DNA of 42,607 bases from an uncultured Acidimicrobiaceae bacterium (lineage in GTDB: Bacteria; Actinomycetota; Acidimicrobiia; Acidimicrobiales; Bog-793). The stretch is taken from NCBI GenBank assembly GCA_903845085.1, contig CAIMWD010000043.1:1-42607 (forward strand). The letters run 5' to 3'. Below are positions 18,843 through 27,975 of the stretch, piece by piece. Below the pieces are notes generated by a model that saw only the letters and a list, made by a program, of their open reading frames with translations, did not search any database and was not told the DNA's origin. The translations under genes and the position numbers were made by a program. How positions within the stretch are numbered: position 1 is the stretch's first letter; each line of letters begins with the position of its first letter.

Positions 18843-21755
18843 ATGTCCGACACGGAGGACCAGACCGAGGAGCTGCGACGCGTCGTCGAACGCGATCGGG
18901 CGATCTTTCGGACCGTCATCGCGTTCGCGATCTCTGCAGCCGTTTCGCTGCTGCTCTGGCATCACATCGGTCACACGCTGACGGGAAAGACCGATGTCGT
19001 CGGCTACCCACTCTTTGCGAACTTCAACGTCAATCGATACTTCGATGCCTTCTACCTGAGCGCCATAGTCGGCCCACTGCTCTTTCTCTGTACCTACGAG
19101 GTCATCGCTCGCGTCGGTCCGCTGCGCCGCAGCGTCGGCCGCAGGCGTGCGGATCGGAGAGAGCTGGTCGCTGACGGCGATGAGCTTCGCGAGCCGAGCA
19201 ATCGTTCGGGGCGCGTGCTGCGAGAGCTAATACGCCTACTGGGTGTCGGAGCACTACTCGGTGTCGAGATCGTCGCGGCAACCGCCATCACCTCGCCCTC
19301 GAGTCCGATGAGCGAGGTTTCGATCGCACTCGCCTACACGGGCGCAGTTGGACTCATTGCTCTCGTGATCGCCCGAGTGGTCACCACACGGAGCTGGCGC
19401 TCCGTCGCGAGTGCCGTGAACCTCCTCGGCGTAGGCGCGATGATGCCACTCCTCTACGGCATCTCTCAGGCCACCAGCGTCACCATCGCCTCTACACATC
19501 AGGTCATTCCCTACCATTGGATGCCACTTTGGGTACCGGTCGCCTTTGACCTTGCACTGATCGCCTATGTCGGTCACCGACGGATACGAAACGGTCACTC
19601 TGTTGCTCGGATCGAACAGGCGCTCATCCTCTTCGTCGCCATTCCCATCGTCATCTTCACCCTGCACGCCAACCTCCCTGGCGCGCTCGGTCCCATGGAC
19701 CCCTTCGGCGACGGGGAGTACCTCGCTGCCGGTTGGATGATGATCCACGGTGTCATGCCCTGGCGAGATCTCTACCTCATCCACGGTGTCTTCGATGATG
19801 GTTTCAAGGGCCTGATTGGCTACGCACTCTTTGGCCCAAGTCGATGGGCATCGGTTGCGGGAATCTCACTTCTGTTAAATCCGATCTACTGGGTCTGCCT
19901 CTACTACTTCGGCGCCCTGCTCTTTCGGCGGCGTCCCCTCTTCATCCTTGGACTCGCCCTCGCCGTCACTATCGGTGTCTTTGTCGATCAGGATCCCCGC
20001 TACACCTTTTGGCCACTGGTGCTCGTCCTTCTCGCTCGCGTTCTGAAGGTCCGCAGCTGGCCGAGGGTTCTCGCATTCGTCATCGCACTTCTCATTCAGG
20101 CGATCCTCATTCCGGAGATGGCCTTTGCACTCGCCGCCTGCGCACTTACGCTCGTCGCCTTTGAGATCTATGAGCGCAGGGGACCTCGACTCGAACTCCG
20201 GGATCTGAGGACGACTGCTCTCACGGTTCTCTTTGGTGCCATCTTTGGCGGAGGCTTCCTCATCTGGCTGGTCGCCGAACATGCGATCACTGGATTCGTC
20301 GGTTATTACCGCAACTTTGCTGACGCACACTCGCTCGTCGGAGGCATACCGCTCTATACGAACTACGCCGTGGGCACCTCCACCAGCGCACTCGGCGTGA
20401 CCCTCCATGCGGTCGCGATCCCACCGTCGTTTACCCGATACAGCATTGAGCTCATTGTGCCAGTACTCGCGATCATTGCGACAATCGCGCTCATCACCGT
20501 GCGAGTGCGGACCGGTCGTCGGCTCGTCATCCTCGATTGGCTCTCTATCGCCGCAGCGATCATGGTCACCCTCTACTACCAGAAGGGGATCAGCCGTGGC
20601 GACACGGGCCACATAGCGGAGGTTTACGCCGTCGCGACGCCGCTCCTCATCCTGCTGACCTATCAGCTGGTCGTGGGACTCGAACGTGCCCCTCTCCTCA
20701 CCCGGCAGATCGCAAGACTTCACAGTCTCGGAGCGAGTGCACGAAATCGCCTCGTTGGTCGAGCGGTTGTCCTCATTCCCAGATCTCCAATCGCACTCCT
20801 TAGCGTGATCGCTCTCTTGATCCTCGCACCCTCCACCATCAACGCAGCCATCGTCAATGTGAACTGGTTTATGCGCGCGAGCGCTCCGACACCGGCGGAG
20901 GGTGGATTCGTCGCCGGGGGGCCCACACTTGGTTACAACGTGAATGCGATCGACAAGGTCGCTGTCAGCGATATCCGTACCATCTTCGACCGGTATGCCG
21001 GGACTGATGGCGCCGTCTTCGACTTCTCGAACACGCCTGCAGTTGTCTCCTACCTGCTCAACCGCAAGCTTGCCTCGCAGTTCTACAACATCAATGACGT
21101 ACTCACGCCTGCGGCGCAGGCAACGCTGATCTCCGAGCTCACGCTCTCCAAGCCGGTGGTTGTCCTCTTCAACGGACTAGGCATGGGGGCATGGGACTTC
21201 ATTCCCAATGAGATCCGCGATTCCACGGTATCTGACTACCTCCTGACGAACTACCACCCACTGGTCTATGCAGACGGCCAGCTCCTCCTCCTTCGCAACG
21301 GTACAAAGCATCATGGAGGCCTTCCCCATCTTGCGGGGCCGACGCGAACCGTGCGCCTCTACTCTGCGCTGGGAACCTGTGATTGGGGCTACATCCCGAA
21401 CTACCTCCAAACACCGACCACGCCGTCGATACCGCCGAAGCAGCCCTCGCTGAGCCTCGGACTTAAGTTCATTGCCCATACCGCCGATGGAACGATCTAC
21501 CAACTCAGCCGAGTCACCGACCTCCAGAGCTATCACTGGATCTCGGCAACGGTGCAGGGGGCCACGGGCGATGTCGGACTCTCGATATCGAGCTTTCCAC
21601 GCAAATCCAATCGTGACATCACCTGGATCTCGCAGGGATCGACGACAACTCAGGTAGAGGTAGCGAGTTGCCTGCAATGGCATGGCTATGAACATCAACT
21701 CTTCCTCCGTTACTTAGGCGCGGGACATCCCAGTGCCCTTACGCTGATCGGTTGA
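18843..21755 (+). CDS. Large polytopic membrane protein (970 aa) with a C-terminal soluble domain, function unknown (possibly GT-C-like)
   Basis: ATG at 18843 with AAGGAG at 18832-18837. Roughly 15-20 hydrophobic segments over the first ~700 aa, then a ~270-aa hydrophilic domain. No family motif recognised with certainty. Confidence 0.75.
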   Translation: MSDTEDQTEELRRVVERDRAIFRTVIAFAISAAVSLLLWHHIGHTLTGKTDVVGYPLFANFNVNRYFDAFYLSAIVGPLLFLCTYEVIARVGPLRRSVGRRRADRRELVADGDELREPSNRSGRVLRELIRLLGVGALLGVEIVAATAITSPSSPMSEVSIALAYTGAVGLIALVIARVVTTRSWRSVASAVNLLGVGAMMPLLYGISQATSVTIASTHQVIPYHWMPLWVPVAFDLALIAYVGHRRIRNGHSVARIEQALILFVAIPIVIFTLHANLPGALGPMDPFGDGEYLAAGWMMIHGVMPWRDLYLIHGVFDDGFKGLIGYALFGPSRWASVAGISLLLNPIYWVCLYYFGALLFRRRPLFILGLALAVTIGVFVDQDPRYTFWPLVLVLLARVLKVRSWPRVLAFVIALLIQAILIPEMAFALAACALTLVAFEIYERRGPRLELRDLRTTALTVLFGAIFGGGFLIWLVAEHAITGFVGYYRNFADAHSLVGGIPLYTNYAVGTSTSALGVTLHAVAIPPSFTRYSIELIVPVLAIIATIALITVRVRTGRRLVILDWLSIAAAIMVTLYYQKGISRGDTGHIAEVYAVATPLLILLTYQLVVGLERAPLLTRQIARLHSLGASARNRLVGRAVVLIPRSPIALLSVIALLILAPSTINAAIVNVNWFMRASAPTPAEGGFVAGGPTLGYNVNAIDKVAVSDIRTIFDRYAGTDGAVFDFSNTPAVVSYLLNRKLASQFYNINDVLTPAAQATLISELTLSKPVVVLFNGLGMGAWDFIPNEIRDSTVSDYLLTNYHPLVYADGQLLLLRNGTKHHGGLPHLAGPTRTVRLYSALGTCDWGYIPNYLQTPTTPSIPPKQPSLSLGLKFIAHTADGTIYQLSRVTDLQSYHWISATVQGATGDVGLSISSFPRKSNRDITWISQGSTTTQVEVASCLQWHGYEHQLFLRYLGAGHPSALTLIG

Positions 21756-21768
21756 TGGAGCGAATGCC

Positions 21769-22113
21769 TTGGCCCGCCTAGTACGCACCGATCGCGCGAT
21801 CGTCTTCACGCTCGGCCCAATCGAGCGACTCCTTGCCGTGCACTTCGCGCCGGTGGAGATGGAGCTCTCCACACTTCGCCGTGTGGAGGTCGTCGAGGAC
21901 ATCTGGACCAAGGTGAGAGGCGTTCGGGCACCCTTCACCTGGATAAAGGACCACGTGATGATCGGCACACGTCGAGGGCTCTTTGGAAAGGATTTCGACG
22001 TCGTCTATGGACTTGGTCGCGGCGTCTGTGTCGAATTTGAGGGAGGACCGTGGGCTCGATTCGTCATTAAAGACGGGTTTCCCGAGGACCTTGCGGCGCT
22101 GCTGCGCGGTTAA
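21769..22113 (+). CDS. Small hypothetical protein (114 aa)
   Basis: TTG start 14 nt after the membrane-protein stop, with GGAG 8 nt upstream. Soluble, no recognised family. Confidence 0.45.
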   Translation: MARLVRTDRAIVFTLGPIERLLAVHFAPVEMELSTLRRVEVVEDIWTKVRGVRAPFTWIKDHVMIGTRRGLFGKDFDVVYGLGRGVCVEFEGGPWARFVIKDGFPEDLAALLRG

Positions 22114-22162
22114 GTGACCGGCGAAGAGACTGCCACGACTTCGGTGCCGCCGCTCTCCTTGA

Positions 22163-23683
22163 TTAGGCCGGCGTAACCACCGGTACCGCGGCTACCGCGC
22201 GCGGCAATTCCATCGTGATCGTCGTCCCACTGCCGAGCACCGATTCCACACGAACCGTGCCATGGTGTGCGCTTACAATCGATTCGACGATTGCGAGCCC
22301 CAGACCGGATCCACCGCTTCCTCGCGTTCGAGAGGAATCAGCGCGGTAGAAGCGTTCAAAGATGTGAGGCAGATGCTCTTTGGCGATACCGGGCCCATGG
22401 TCGATGATCTCTACCCGTGCACGATCACCCTCCTCGGTGACGCGTAGTTCAATCGGCGTCGTCTCCGGGGTGTGCTTCAACGCATTTTGGAGCAGATTGA
22501 GCACGACCTGGTGTAGTCGCGAGAGATCGCCGGTCACCATCACATCAGGGGCGACCTCCACCGTGATCTGGCGATCTGGGGCTATTGCCTGTGTGTCTGC
22601 CGCAGCATCAAGCGCAAGATCTGAGATCGAGAGCTCACGCATCTCGAGTTCACGACCCTGATCGAGACGGGCGAGGAGGAGGAGATCGTCGACCAAGAGC
22701 CCCATGCGGATCGCCTCCTCCTCGATACGGCGCATCGAGAGTGCGAGATCCTCCGGTCGGCTTTGCGCTCCTCGACGGAAGAGCTCTGCATAGCCACGGA
22801 TTGAGGTCGTCGGAGTGCGTAGCTCATGGCTCGCATCGGCGAGAAACTGACGGAGCTGTTGCTGCGAGGCCTCCTGTTGGAGAAACGCATCCTCGATATA
22901 GCCGAGCATCGTATTGAGCGAGGCGCCGAGTCGTCCAACCTCTGTCGATGGATCATCTTGCTCGATCCGGCGCGAGAGATCACCCGCAGCGATCTCCGCG
23001 GCGGTGCGCTCGATATCTTCGAGCGGTCGCATACCGATCCGCACGACGATATATCCGAGCAGGATGAGAGCCGCAATTACCGCTGCCGTGACGGTTAGGT
23101 CTACGACAAGGAGGGTGTTCATCGTTCCTGCGACACCCGAGAGCGGCAACGCAACGAGAGCGAGTGCCGGTTCGCTTGGCCCGAACCCCACCTCAGAGCG
23201 AACGACGTAGAGCTCTGGACGTACACGAAAGACCCCAAGTTTGCTGCCATTGCTCGTGGCAGTCGCAGCAAAGATTGGCTGCTGGGAGACCGAACCCGCG
23301 ACAACCTCTGCACGCAGCATGCTCAAAATCGATCCGGGGATCTGCAGTTTGACCGATGAGTTGGTCGATCCGACAACCGTGGAACTACCGTCGAGTTCGG
23401 GGAGGATCACCTTGATGTAGGTGCCGGTCGGCAGCTCCTGATTCGGCGCGAGCTGCACCTGTCCCGAGGAGGTGAGATTGAAGTTGCCCGGCTGGATCGC
23501 AAGGAGCTCCTGATCGATCTGGGTAAGGAGATAGGAGTGAATCTGGCTGTAGATGACGACATCGGCGGCGACGAGGCCAGCGATCACGATCGAGACAACA
23601 CCGATCAGGATCCGTGCCCGAAGTGACAGATGTCGCGAGACGCGGTGGACGCGCACGAGAATCCTCGCGCCGAGGCTCGACAT
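22163..23683 (-). CDS. Sensor histidine kinase (TM - extracytoplasmic domain - TM - HAMP - HisKA - HATPase_c)
   Basis: H-box FLADASHELRTPTTSIRGY, N-box LLQNALKHTP, G-boxes IDHGPGI and GGSGLGLAIV. The start abuts the response-regulator stop. Confidence 0.92.
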   Translation of the reverse strand: MSSLGARILVRVHRVSRHLSLRARILIGVVSIVIAGLVAADVVIYSQIHSYLLTQIDQELLAIQPGNFNLTSSGQVQLAPNQELPTGTYIKVILPELDGSSTVVGSTNSSVKLQIPGSILSMLRAEVVAGSVSQQPIFAATATSNGSKLGVFRVRPELYVVRSEVGFGPSEPALALVALPLSGVAGTMNTLLVVDLTVTAAVIAALILLGYIVVRIGMRPLEDIERTAAEIAAGDLSRRIEQDDPSTEVGRLGASLNTMLGYIEDAFLQQEASQQQLRQFLADASHELRTPTTSIRGYAELFRRGAQSRPEDLALSMRRIEEEAIRMGLLVDDLLLLARLDQGRELEMRELSISDLALDAAADTQAIAPDRQITVEVAPDVMVTGDLSRLHQVVLNLLQNALKHTPETTPIELRVTEEGDRARVEIIDHGPGIAKEHLPHIFERFYRADSSRTRGSGGSGLGLAIVESIVSAHHGTVRVESVLGSGTTITMELPRAVAAVPVVTPA

Positions 23684-24385
23684 CTAGGCGGCGTTTACGG
23701 GGGTGCGCAGGCTATAGCCAGCGCCGCGCAACGTGTGGATCAAGGGCGGCCCCAGAGAATCGATCTTCTTGCGGAGATAACTGATGTAGGTCTCTACGAC
23801 GTTTGCGTCACCATCGAAGTCATACTCCCATACGTGATCGAGGATCTGTGCCTTCGAGAGCACCCGACGGGGGTTCATCATGAGATAGCGCAGAAGTTTG
23901 AACTCGGTCGGCGTCAGCTCGATCGAGGTACTCGAACGAAATACCTCTCGTGTCTCCTCGTCAAGTTCGAGATCGGAGAAGGAGAGACGAGCGGTTGTCT
24001 CCGTTGCATCGAGCGCGCGGCGAAGAACCGCTCGGATCCGCGCAAGTAGCTCCTCGAGACTGAATGGCTTTGTGACATAGTCGTCTCCACCAAGTGTCAA
24101 TCCACGCACCTTATCCTCGGTCGCATCCTTGGCTGTGAGGAAGAGAATCGGCACACGTTGCGCATCCTGACGAAGCCGCCTTGCGACCTCAAAGCCATCG
24201 AGGTCGGGCAACATCACATCCAACACCAGCATGTGCGGGCGGAACGCCTCGACCTGCGCGAGGGCCTCGCGACCGGTTGCCGCGGTCGCTACCTCAAATC
24301 CCTCATAGCGCAGCGCCGTCGCGACAAGCGAGGTGATGTTCGGTTCGTCGTCGATCACAAGGACGCGGGTGGTAAGTGTCTCCAT
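23684..24385 (-). CDS. OmpR/PhoB-family response regulator
   Basis: Receiver VLVIDDEP...LDVMLPDLDG...LTAKD. Winged-helix output LTPTEFKLLRYLM...VETYISYLRKK...IHTLRGAGYSL. Confidence 0.93.
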   Translation of the reverse strand: METLTTRVLVIDDEPNITSLVATALRYEGFEVATAATGREALAQVEAFRPHMLVLDVMLPDLDGFEVARRLRQDAQRVPILFLTAKDATEDKVRGLTLGGDDYVTKPFSLEELLARIRAVLRRALDATETTARLSFSDLELDEETREVFRSSTSIELTPTEFKLLRYLMMNPRRVLSKAQILDHVWEYDFDGDANVVETYISYLRKKIDSLGPPLIHTLRGAGYSLRTPVNAA

Positions 24386-24408
24386 GACATCTATCTTCGC
24401 CGCTCATT

Positions 24409-24441
24409 CTGTGACATTTCTGTGGATCTCCTGTTGATCAC
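24409..24441 (-). promoter_or_regulatory. Three direct repeats phased at exactly 11 bp (CTGTGAC / CTGTGGA / CTGTTGA on the + strand), candidate response-regulator box
   Basis: Read directly. Units begin at 24409, 24420 and 24431, which is 24-56 nt upstream of the regulator ATG at 24385. The function is an inference only. Confidence 0.3.
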
Positions 24442-24498
24442 CCGAGCATACGGTGACCAACGCTCGACTTTGGGATCGGTGCCGCGCTATCTCCGCAA

Positions 24499-25869
24499 TC
24501 AGACCCTTGCCATATTGGCAAAGCGGGCGTAACTGTCGACAAAGGCCAGCTCAATCGTTCCGGTCGGTCCACTGCGGTGCTTCGACACGATCACCTCTGC
24601 GGTGCCGCGCTTCTCGGTCTCCGGTTCGTATTTCTCATCCCGATAGATAAACATCACGACATCCGCATCCTGCTCGATTGCACCCGATTCACGCAGATCG
24701 GAGAGCATCGGGCGCTTATCCGCTCGCGACTCAAGCGTTCGCGAGAGCTGGCTCAGCGCCACCACGGGAACATCGAGCTCACGCGCGAGCACCTTGAGAC
24801 CGCGGCTGATCTCAGAGATCTCTACCTGACGGTTCTCTGAGTTGTGGCGACCCGACATCAGCTGGAGGTAGTCGATGACGACGAGCCCAAGACCCTCACG
24901 ACTCTTCATCCGTCGCGCCCTTGCACGGATATCCATCACCGTGACATTTGGGTTGTCATCGATATGGAGCGGAGCATGTCCGATCCGGCTGATCGCTCCA
25001 GTGAGCTTTGTGTAATCCGAGTCGATCAGTCGACCATTGCGCATCCGTGTCGCATCAACGCGCGACTCTGCGGAGAGAACTCGCTGAGCAAGTTCGAGGT
25101 GGCTCATCTCTAAGGAGAAGAAGAGAACTGGAATACCTGCCATCGCTGCGTGGGTGGCGGCACCAAGTGCGAAGGCGGTCTTACCCATGGAGGGTCGAGC
25201 ACCGACCACCACGAGGTTTGATGGCTGTAGCCCCGCGGTTAACTTGTCGAGATCGGTATAGCCAGTCGGCACACCCGTGATCTCCTCACCGCGATCGACG
25301 AGTTGCTCGAGGCGATCAAGGGTGGCCGTCAAAAGGTTCGATATCTCTTCAACCGAATCCGTCGTACGGCGCTGAGCGACCTCAAAGACCATCGTCTCTG
25401 CACGATCAACCGCCGCGGTCACATCGTCGGGAAGTCCGTAACCGATCTCCGCGATCTCATTTGCGACGCCGATCAGTCGGCGCAGCAGTGCGTGCTCCTC
25501 AACGATCGCCGCATAACGACCCGCGTTAGAGATCGCCGGCGTATTCGACTGCAATGTCACCAGTGCCGCGGCACCGCCGATCTCCTCCAACGCACCCGCG
25601 CGTCGCAGCTCCTCCGCGACGGTAACTGCGTCTGCCGGCTCACCCCGACCGTAGATCGCCGTGATGGCAGAGAAGATCTGTGCGTGTGAGGGGCGGTAGA
25701 AGTCAGCGGCGGAGCAGCGCTCCAAAGCAGCGGCAACTGCATCGCGCGAGAGCAACATCGCACCGATCACCGATTCCTCGGCCTCAAGGTTGTGCGGTGG
25801 TATCCGTCCAACGACGTGGCTGGATGATGATCGCGGGCCATTGCGGGCTTCGCTTGAGGTAAGTGTCAT
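24499..25869 (-). CDS. dnaB: Replicative DNA helicase DnaB (no intein)
   Basis: PPHNLEAEESVIGAML N-terminus, Walker A GARPSMGKTAF, VVIDYLQLM, LSQLSR, IEQDADVV. Confidence 0.97.
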   Translation of the reverse strand: MTLTSSEARNGPRSSSSHVVGRIPPHNLEAEESVIGAMLLSRDAVAAALERCSAADFYRPSHAQIFSAITAIYGRGEPADAVTVAEELRRAGALEEIGGAAALVTLQSNTPAISNAGRYAAIVEEHALLRRLIGVANEIAEIGYGLPDDVTAAVDRAETMVFEVAQRRTTDSVEEISNLLTATLDRLEQLVDRGEEITGVPTGYTDLDKLTAGLQPSNLVVVGARPSMGKTAFALGAATHAAMAGIPVLFFSLEMSHLELAQRVLSAESRVDATRMRNGRLIDSDYTKLTGAISRIGHAPLHIDDNPNVTVMDIRARARRMKSREGLGLVVIDYLQLMSGRHNSENRQVEISEISRGLKVLARELDVPVVALSQLSRTLESRADKRPMLSDLRESGAIEQDADVVMFIYRDEKYEPETEKRGTAEVIVSKHRSGPTGTIELAFVDSYARFANMARV

Positions 25870-25940
25870 GATGCCTCCACCCTTACCCAGATTGGCTGGG
25901 AATCGCTAGGGCAATAACTTCGGGAAATCTCTCCAGAACC

Positions 25941-25981
25941 TGTGGATGAAAGGTGGATAACTCCACCCGTCATGTGGATGA
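25941..25981 (-). promoter_or_regulatory. Cluster of three DnaA-box-like 9-mers in the dnaB upstream region
   Basis: The + strand reads TGTGGATGA (25941-25949), GGTGGATAA (25952-25960) and TGTGGATGA (25973-25981). Each is one mismatch from TGTGGATAA, the complement of TTATCCACA. All share one orientation, with starts spaced 11 and 21 bp apart. Confidence 0.4.
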
Positions 25982-26091
25982 CCGAAACCGAAACAACCCT
26001 GTAACACTAGGTCGATCAGCCAATTTCGATCCTAAAGTCCATCTGTATCACTCCTCTGCCGTCTGGGGATTACAAAATGCACTTCAGGGAT

Positions 26092-26128
26092 AAAAAATCG
26101 GCCGACCCGCCAGGGCGGATCGGCCGAT
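26092..26128 (-). terminator. Rho-independent terminator downstream of rplI
   Basis: The - strand reads ATCGGCCGATCCG-CCCTGG-CGGGTCGGCCGAT followed by TTTTTT. This is a ~13-bp GC-rich stem with one G-U pair, starting about 20 nt after the rplI stop. Confidence 0.75.
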
Positions 26129-26150
26129 CGTGTAAGAAAAACTGCCAAAC

Positions 26151-26597
26151 CTAGGCCGGAACGACCTCAAGTCGGAGTTCAAAGGTGACCTCGGGGTGAA
26201 GCCGCACGCCCACTGCATGCTCACCGATCTCCTTGATGGGCTCGTGCGCAGCGAGCGTATGACGGTCGATGACCGCCCCGGACTGCGCTTCGACAGCAGC
26301 AACGATGTCGGCCGGTGTCACCGAACCGAAAAGCTTGCCCTCTTTACCCGCCTTCGCCGTGATGGAGATGACCATAGGCACCAACTTCGATGCGATCGTC
26401 TGTGCAGACTCGCGATCCTTTGCGTCGCGAAGGTCCCGCGACCGTCGCATCGAGGCCGCCTGCTCAGCGATGCCCTCAGAGGCGGTGATGGCGCGTCCAT
26501 TCGGGATCAGGCTGTTACGTGCAAAGCCATCGGCGACAGCGACAATGTCACCGCGCTTACCTACACCAGGGACGTCGGAGCGGAGTACGACCCTCAT
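26151..26597 (-). CDS. rplI: 50S ribosomal protein L9
   Basis: [19 protein letters not shown]... N-terminus typical of L9. ATGA overlap with the rpsR stop. Confidence 0.95.
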   Translation of the reverse strand: MRVVLRSDVPGVGKRGDIVAVADGFARNSLIPNGRAITASEGIAEQAASMRRSRDLRDAKDRESAQTIASKLVPMVISITAKAGKEGKLFGSVTPADIVAAVEAQSGAVIDRHTLAAHEPIKEIGEHAVGVRLHPEVTFELRLEVVPA

Positions 26598-27037
26598 TCG
26601 GTCTCACCCGCCTCAACGAGCTCCAACTCTGCACCCTCATCTTCGCCAAGGTCGATCGACTCAATCGCAGTCTCTGGATCCGCCTCGTCTGACTTTGGAC
26701 GTGAGTAGCCGCCCTCGCGTGGTCCGCGGCCAGGGCCACGCCCCCCGGGGCGCTCACTGGTCGTGCGCTGGGTATAGGGCAGCAGTGCAAGCTCACGCGC
26801 CGTCTTAATCGCAAGCGCAACATCACGCTGATGCTGCTGGCAGTTACCCGAGACGCGACGCGCCCGGATCTTGCCGCGGTCTGACATGAACTTCCGGAGG
26901 ATCTGCACATCTTTGTAATCGATGTGCGAGGTGTGATCCTTGCAGAACATACAGACCTTTTTCTTGATCCGACGTCCGTTGTCCTTGGGGGCCCGACGAG
27001 TATTCGTCGACCGGTCCCGATCATTATTACGCGCCAT
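26594..27037 (-). CDS. rpsR: 30S ribosomal protein S18 with a ~57-aa C-terminal RGG/acidic extension
   Basis: Core [10 protein letters not shown]...[50 protein letters not shown] is classical S18. The extra tail is [22 protein letters not shown]...[30 protein letters not shown]. Confidence 0.93.
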   Translation of the reverse strand: MARNNDRDRSTNTRRAPKDNGRRIKKKVCMFCKDHTSHIDYKDVQILRKFMSDRGKIRARRVSGNCQQHQRDVALAIKTARELALLPYTQRTTSERPGGRGPGRGPREGGYSRPKSDEADPETAIESIDLGEDEGAELELVEAGETE

Positions 27038-27495
27038 TAAAAGGGCTCCTCATCTTCGTTGTACGAAGGTGCACCAGCGGACTGGGCGCGGGGTGCACCA
27101 CTTGCAAAGTTGTTGGCCTCACCGGGGCCACGCCGTTCGTTCTTCACGACCTGCGCCGTTGCCCAGCGAAGGCTCGGACCGACCTCATCGGCGACGACCT
27201 CGACCTTGGAGCGCTTATCGCCCTCCTGGGTCTCCCATGAACGCTGCTCAAGGCGACCCTCAACGATCACTCGGGCGCCACGAGTCAGTGTCTCCGCGAC
27301 GTTCTCGGCCATCTCGCGCCAACAGACGACGTCAAAGAATGAGGTCGCCTCCTCCCACTCCTGGGTCTGACGGTTCTGCCAGCGACGATTGACTGCGAGA
27401 CCAAAGGTCGCGGTCGCCTGTCCAGCGGGGGTGAAACGCAGTTCGGGGTCGCGGGTCACATTTCCCACGAGCACGATGGAGTTTCCGACTGCCAT
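27037..27495 (-). CDS. ssb: Single-stranded DNA-binding protein
   Basis: OB-fold N-terminus [21 protein letters not shown]...[10 protein letters not shown], Gly/Pro-rich linker and the acidic tip DEEPF. Confidence 0.96.
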   Translation of the reverse strand: MAVGNSIVLVGNVTRDPELRFTPAGQATATFGLAVNRRWQNRQTQEWEEATSFFDVVCWREMAENVAETLTRGARVIVEGRLEQRSWETQEGDKRSKVEVVADEVGPSLRWATAQVVKNERRGPGEANNFASGAPRAQSAGAPSYNEDEEPF

Positions 27496-27507
27496 GTCTG
27501 GCCTCCG

Positions 27508-27816
27508 TTACTTCGCGACGGGAACGGAACGCTCGCTCTGTCGCAGCACGCGGTGACGGATCACTGCGTCGCTCAGCGAGAGCATGCGGTCAACCTCTGC
27601 AAGTACCGCCGGCTCGCCGGTGGCCTCAATGATGACGTAGTAACCCTCAGTCTTGTGGTTGATCTCGTAGGCAAAATTGCGCTTGCCCCAACGATCCACT
27701 CGACCGGTCGTTCCGCCCTTGGAGCGGACGTACTCGCCAATTTTGTCGGTGGTCTCGCGGATCACCGTATCTTCAAGCGTTGCATCAAAGATGACAACTA
27801 TTTCGTATGGCCGCAT
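27508..27816 (-). CDS. rpsF: 30S ribosomal protein S6
   Basis: MRPYEIVVIFD...RWGKRNFAYEI. Start set to the ATG at 27816 with AAGGAGG at 27825-27831. The ORF extension to 27843 was rejected. Confidence 0.95.
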   Translation of the reverse strand: MRPYEIVVIFDATLEDTVIRETTDKIGEYVRSKGGTTGRVDRWGKRNFAYEINHKTEGYYVIIEATGEPAVLAEVDRMLSLSDAVIRHRVLRQSERSVPVAK

Positions 27817-27975
27817 CGCGGCACACCTCCTTCGGACCAGCACCTTGCGGCGTGGGCCCCGATTTTCGGGGCAGGGGCATATCTAGGACTGTTCATCCTA
27901 GCCCACCGCTACCAGGTGACCTCTCGCCCCTCGCAGAGCGTCGCGCCGACCGCTACCGCAGGAGATACCGCGAGC

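Noticed and set aside
25870-26150. Possible replication origin because of DnaA-box-like sequences
   Set aside because: There are only three imperfect boxes, no obvious AT-rich unwinding element or repeated 13-mers, and no dnaA/dnaN nearby. A regulatory or titration site is more plausible.
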